Shown here: in pieces, positions 58,632-64,000 of the stretch
Position numbering within the stretch: position 1 is the first letter of the stretch
Layout: the number at the start of each line of letters is the position of its first letter
Source: a virus
Strand: one strand, 5' to 3'
DNA: 64,000 nt
Virus record (IMG/VR): IMGVR_UViG_3300010401_000005
Span: 6,113-70,112 of that record
Program-made: the position numbers and the translations under genes
The notes under the pieces: generated by a model
Databases searched by the model: none
Seen by the model: the letters and a program-made list of their open reading frames with translations, nothing else
Told to the model about the DNA's origin: nothing

Positions 58632-58880
58632 TTACTCGTTGCGGGCAATCGCGGCATTCGCCCAAAAGACGGCAGTTTCCAGTTCGGTCAACGCCACTGA
58701 GAGTTCACGCGACGGCGGGCATTGCTCTACGAGAAGGCGCGCAAACTCGCCTGCACACTCTCGAATGTGGGTATAACGTTCTGCCTGCCCTTCTTTCGGG
58801 GCATGATAAACAAAGTTGTTGGCGAGGTTCTTTTCGTCTTTCTCGCTCGGCGTATACTTCGGCTGAATATCGGGTTCCAT
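58632..58880 (-). CDS. Acb2/Tad1-like helical hairpin protein (copy 2)
   Basis: GGAG RBS; NNFVYHAP..Q.ERY..IR...CPPSRELSVALTELETAVFWANAAIARNE. Confidence 0.72.
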   Translation of the reverse strand: MEPDIQPKYTPSEKDEKNLANNFVYHAPKEGQAERYTHIRECAGEFARLLVEQCPPSRELSVALTELETAVFWANAAIARNE

Positions 58881-58895
58881 AAGGCTCCAGGCATA

Positions 58896-58933
58896 GAAAA
58901 AGGACAGGCTAATGTCGTAATGACAGCCTGCCC
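58896..58933 (-). terminator. intrinsic terminator in leader of the head operon
   Basis: GGGCAGGCTG...TAGCCTGTCC-TTTTT directly upstream of the RBS. Confidence 0.7.
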
Positions 58934-59140
58934 CGATGAGAGACGACAGACAACACCGAAAACGTCTGCAACCTGTAGGGGTGGGATACAGGGAGACGCA
59001 AAAGGCTGTCCCTCTCATATTAACACATAATAGTACAATTTTTGACTTGCAGGCCCATATTCGGGGATAGGCCAGGAATACATGAAAATCCTTAAAATCA
59101 GGTAGTTACTTATGTGTAAGTGGTATGGTAGTGGGGAAAG

Positions 59141-62100
59141 TTATGTGATTTCGGTATAATCAGGGGCGGTTTTGTCTGAAAACCAGACGCGACAGGTGAT
59201 GTCTGAGGCAACGTTAAAAGAGGTGAAGACGCTCTTTGCGTCTTTAGGGGCGTGTCCTTTTATCTGCAACCAGAAACGGCAGGCTTCGGCTATGTCCTCC
59301 ATTGACATTTCCGTGTCAGGGGTATCGCTCGGCAGTTTATCAGAAGCAACTCTACTCAACTTCGCATTCCTCCCTCATCGTCCACGGCGGAACAGTAAAA
59401 TCCACCACAATCACCGGGCATTGAGGATAGATTTCGTTCAGCAAATCGGTGAATCGCTTCTTGGCGTCCTCTTCGCTACACGTCGGCATGTCGGGGTATC
59501 GGGCGTTTAGAACTTCGTCTTCTCGGATCGCCTGTAAGGGGTAGGCGAAGTTTGCGGGGAATTCCCATTTCATCCCCATACCTCCCGCTTCAACACAAGG
59601 AATTCTGTTTTGTATTGAATCCACCCCAACAGTTTCGGTTCCGGCGTCTTCAATACTTCGCGCAACCCTTCTATGAAGGAAGGGCAAAACTCACCATGCA
59701 GACACCGCATGACTTCAAACTTCTCATCACAGGTGCAGGTTTCCAAGTGCTTGTATGGATTCGGCGGGTAGTATCTCACTACTCCGTCTGCATTACAGGA
59801 GGCAGGCAGAGACGGCACCGAGTAGTCACATTCGGCGGCTTGTTCCTCAGTCATTCTGAACACGTTCTTCCATTGGATCGCCTTCAGTTGCTCGGTGAAA
59901 TCCTTGCTCATTCTTTGCCTGCTTCCCGAAAAAATCTCCTATCCATTTCGTTCACATCAATCCCCACCGTCAGCAATGCCGCAATGCAGATTGCTTCCGG
60001 TGCATAATTTGCCGACGCTATGGCATTACCTCCAGGGTCTATCCGCTTACATTGCCATCCACCGTTATAGCCGATAGGAGAAAGTTGCATCTGAACGCCT
60101 CTCTTATCCAAGAGAAATTCAATGAGCGTCCACGCCGCCGAAATCTCCGTGCTGTACTGCAAAAGTGGTTGACGTTCTGCACATTCTGGAAATATCGTTT
60201 TCTCTGCGTCTGTGGCGTCACGCATCCACCAATTCATGTTATCGCGGCCTATGTTCATAAAACCCAACAGGTGACGCCCCACCAATACATTCAACTCGTC
60301 AGATTTCATATCCCAACCGTTTCCTTTCCACAAACCACCGCCCGAATCCCCTCCCCATGCGCCTGCCTCACGCTCTCCGCAAACGTATGATCCGACACCT
60401 GTACCAGCGTCATCACCCGCCGCACGTCGTACTCCCGTGCAGGACGGCTCCGACCTCTCTCCTGACGACGGATGCCCCAATGCGTACCGGGCAGCAATAA
60501 CTTGGAGGTGCGCCACTTGGCGACGAGGCGTGTCCAGCACTCGACGCTGTTGGTGTTGGCGACGGGGTAGCGGTCAGCGAGTTCGGTTATTGTCAGCATC
60601 TCCACTCATACCCTCCTCTTTCTTAATCGCTTCCCATATCTCCGCAAGTGTCTGTGTCTCAGCGGGTGGATACTTCTTGTCGTGATTAGGATAATGATAC
60701 TGCCTTCTTCTTGCAAATGTATCATCGTTCCATCCATGAACGAAGCGAATTACAGAAGGATCGTAAATATATCGCGGCTTTTCATCATCAGGCATCCTTA
60801 CTCTCCTCTTCAATCGTCTCCCACTTCCACGGCGTATCACACTTATCGCAAACTACCTCGTGCATCTGCCCTGTATAGGTGTATTTCTCCCCCTCCACCT
60901 TCGGGCCTTTGATCGTCATGCGTGGTCCGCTTGCTGTCGCCATGAGGCAGTCACATTGCTTTTTGAGATATTGGCGAAGTGTGACGTTCGGTTTGCCGTT
61001 CACCGTATGCGTTACCGAATTATCCTGTCTCTTGAAGTCCACATAGGGCGAACGATACCACCCACCCGTAAACGGAGGCCAGCGCAATTCCATCAACCCC
61101 CACTTTTCCACAGGCTTCTCTGGTTTCGGTTCGGTGCCGGGCGTTTTGGGTATCCAAGAATAGTCAGGCATCTTCGGTCTCTCTAACTCCCGTCACACGA
61201 TTTGAACACACGACCCTCTCTTGACGCGGCTTCAATGCTTCCTCTGCCTGCTCCTGCGTGATTATCCCCTGATCCACCAGAAACGGGATCGCCACAATCG
61301 GCACGACCAACTGACGCGGTTTATTCTCCAACGTCCCCGATAACGCCGTATGTGCTGCCTCGAACTGTGCCGCCGTCAGCATCGCCTCCTCGCTCGGTCT
61401 GTTGGCAACGCCGAACATGCGGGCAGGATGCGCAGTATCGAACAGAGATCGTGAGTAACCATCTTTATGCAGACGGCGGGCAGCGTTCTTGATATGGCGT
61501 TTTCGGCTCATGGTGCGGCCTCACTTGGGGAAATTTTTTCCTCAGCAACGGCCCCTCGCGCACGAATCTTCGCCGCCAACATCTCGCGCATATCGGCAGA
61601 AGTCTCGCAGTATTCAATGCGGGCTGTTTCCGTCACTTGAGCACACTGCTCGCGCTCTTGCTCCACAGCCATCTTGACGATTCCGCCTGCATCCTCTATC
61701 CGAATCGGCGGCATCTCAAACATCACGCGCCGATTGACGATCTCCTGTAGGTTCGCATTTTCATTGACCAACATCCGAATGGTTTCCATCAGAAACGCGG
61801 TAGGCGTGGAGAACGGTATCTGGAGGTAATGCCGCACCATTGTGTGCAGGAGAACAGGCGCATTCGGTGCAAGAGCCATTTCCATGAAGGCGTCCAACTC
61901 TTTAGGCCATTCTCGAATACTACCCATTCCCTGCCTCCTGCATCCGTTTATCCACCCTCTGCCGCAGCGTCAACCCGTCTGTGTGGCGTCCCTCGGCGTC
62001 TTGTTCGAGATAATCCATGCGGGCATTATCGGCTTTCATCTTCCAATAGTCCACAATGGATATTTCAGATGCTACATAATCAGCCGCCGTCTTGATGGGT

Positions 62101-63811
62101 ACGTGAGAAGAAAGAGACTTTTGTATTTGAAGATCGTTCTCCAAATCGCAAACATTCTGACGCTCAGCATCCACCATGCGCCGCCACTTCAGGTTTTCCT
62201 CTTGCCGCCCCTTCTGCTCATGCAGCAACGTCGGCAGATGCTGAACCACCCACTCCAGCGCCATCTCTACGGTACAAACCTGCAACGGGACAGCGTTCAT
62301 AATGGCGAGGTGTTGAGCGCGGTATGGATCGGGCAGATTGGTGAAGAATGGGACATCCGGCGCAGCGACGGCATTGACGCCGGGTACCGGATCGCCTGCA
62401 CAAACAGGATGGCTCTCTTTGTCCATTCCTGCGCGAACATCCTGCCCTTTCATGAAGATCACCCTATCCTCGTAGTTGACAAGGCTCTGCAACTTATCTA
62501 GCCTCTCCCTATCTTTGAGCAAAGGGCGCAGATTGTCCACACTTACCTTAACATATTTGGCGTCCGATGCACCGTTCATGCGCTCAATTAGAACTTCTTG
62601 CGCACGATCTCCTAAAATCGTTCCATGCCCTTGCAGCAGGGTTATCAGTTGGTCATTGGTCAATTCATTATTCATCGTCTCCCTCCACAAACCGAATTGT
62701 AACGCCCAACGCCTCCCACAGCGGTTTGAGGTTGTTGTCGGCAATGTCCATCTGTGATTCGCGTACTTGCGTTACTTCTGCGCTGTCTACCGTGATTATC
62801 CAGATTCGCGGTTCCACGCCGTCTGTGGTAAAAATGACTTCATGTTTCTCGTTCATCGTCTCTCCTTCGGCACATCCTGAATCCATCGGCCTTTATCGCC
62901 CTTCTGCAAGACATCCTTGAGTTCACGCACGCCCTTATCAACCAGCCAATCGAATTCACTCATCAGGTGGTCACGCTCTACCATCTTATGTGCTTCATGA
63001 CGCTCCCCTTTGGTGTCAGTGACAATGAATTCAATGTCCAGATGGTCGCCCCAATGTTCACGGACTCGGATGGTGATTTCGGCTATTCTCATCAGTTCAT
63101 CCTCAATCGTGGATCAACCCTCGGCAACCCGATCTGCCCCTTCGCTAACGCCGCCTTTTGCGCCGCCTCGTGAAAATGGTTACAGATGTCGCGCGACAGT
63201 TCCGACAATGCCGCTGCATGGGCCAGAGAGAGCGGCAAATCACTGTCCACGGCATACGTCCCATCTTTGAGGAAATCAAGGCGCAGGTAAGCCACAACAG
63301 GGTTATCCGTGTCAGTCTTTGCCGCTTCGGTCTTTACCTCGACGGGTGGGGTATAGCGTTTCTTTTGTGGTGTCTCGTCACTCATCATCCTTATCCTTTA
63401 TCGCGTCAATCAGCGTGACAGGGCAAACGTAGACAGTCAGGCCCTTACGTTGCCATCTCTTCGTGATGTCGTTACGTTCCTCAGTAGAATGCGCGATGGT
63501 ATCAGTAGCCATTATCATGCCGCCGTCATCTTCAAGGTAATCGTACTTCATCACCTTATCACGATCCAACCGCTTGCCGTACATAAACCACATGTCAGTC
63601 TGTTCGTTCATCGTCTCCCTTTACTCCTCACCTTAACACACGGCACCAAAAACCGATCCGCCTTGTCCGCTACCGCCCGCACCGCCTTCTCTCCATCCGG
63701 CTCGTAGGTCGCTGTCAGGGATACGCCTAACTGGATGATGAGGAAGCCGTCTTGTGTGTCGTAGTGGTTGAGGATATTGGCGTTGTGGATTCGGTCTACT
63801 TCATTCGGCAT
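59141..63811 (-). CDS. dense run of ~14 small accessory genes incl. ABA-sandwich-like 59908-60309 and HTH-like 60306-60605
   Basis: overlapping stop/start codons; ELN..V...YST.ISAAW...APEAIC.AAL motif in 59908-60309. Confidence 0.6.
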
Positions 63812-64000
63812 TCTTGGCCTCCCGTCTCTTTCCCCATTTCAGGGCGTCTATCGCATTGTACACCTGAAAAGGCGTGACCTTGCCGGTATCGTTGGGGTCT
63901 ATCATCTCCCGCAGTCGCTCTAGCGTGTCGCCTACAGCCTTCGCGGTTTCTGTTCGGCGCTTCCCCGGTGCGCCCACACTTGCCTTACCTGTTGAGATAA

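Noticed and set aside
1-64000. CRISPR array, DGR/retron, integrase/att, stop-codon recoding, introns/inteins
   Set aside because: No spaced direct repeats, no RT or recombinase motifs; long genes are intact in the standard code with TAA/TAG/TGA all used as stops

Overview
A 64-kb internal segment of a tailed dsDNA phage genome (podovirus-like virion module, temperate-style early region). Nearly all genes lie on the minus strand; a short plus-strand early operon (22.8-26.7 kb) diverges from a back-to-back promoter switch. The left part holds recombination and DNA-modification genes: RusA, an MT-A70 adenine MTase, an SF2 helicase, an annealing-type recombinase, a C5 MTase with repeated target-recognition modules, and TGT-like, PAPS-reductase-like and ParB-like proteins. 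The right part holds morphogenesis genes: portal, scaffold, decoration protein, major capsid, a Gly-rich fibre, two adaptor paralogs, nozzle, a GH43-like receptor-binding protein, a GNAT, ejected proteins including a 2263-aa polyvalent protein, and holin-like genes. No terminase, integrase, DNA polymerase/primase, endolysin, CRISPR array or reverse transcriptase is visible. The most striking unexplained signal is a dense set of structured non-coding RNAs. These are two ~450-nt multi-hairpin RNAs (3.3-3.8 kb and 11.9-12.4 kb), two promoter-driven tRNA-like small RNAs antisense to the late operon, a three-copy covarying pseudoknot motif ahead of head genes, and paired attenuator leaders. Two paralogous Acb2/Tad1-like sponge proteins and two apparent ATC start codons were also seen. 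All family assignments come from motif recognition by eye and all folds from manual base-pairing; no database searches were run.
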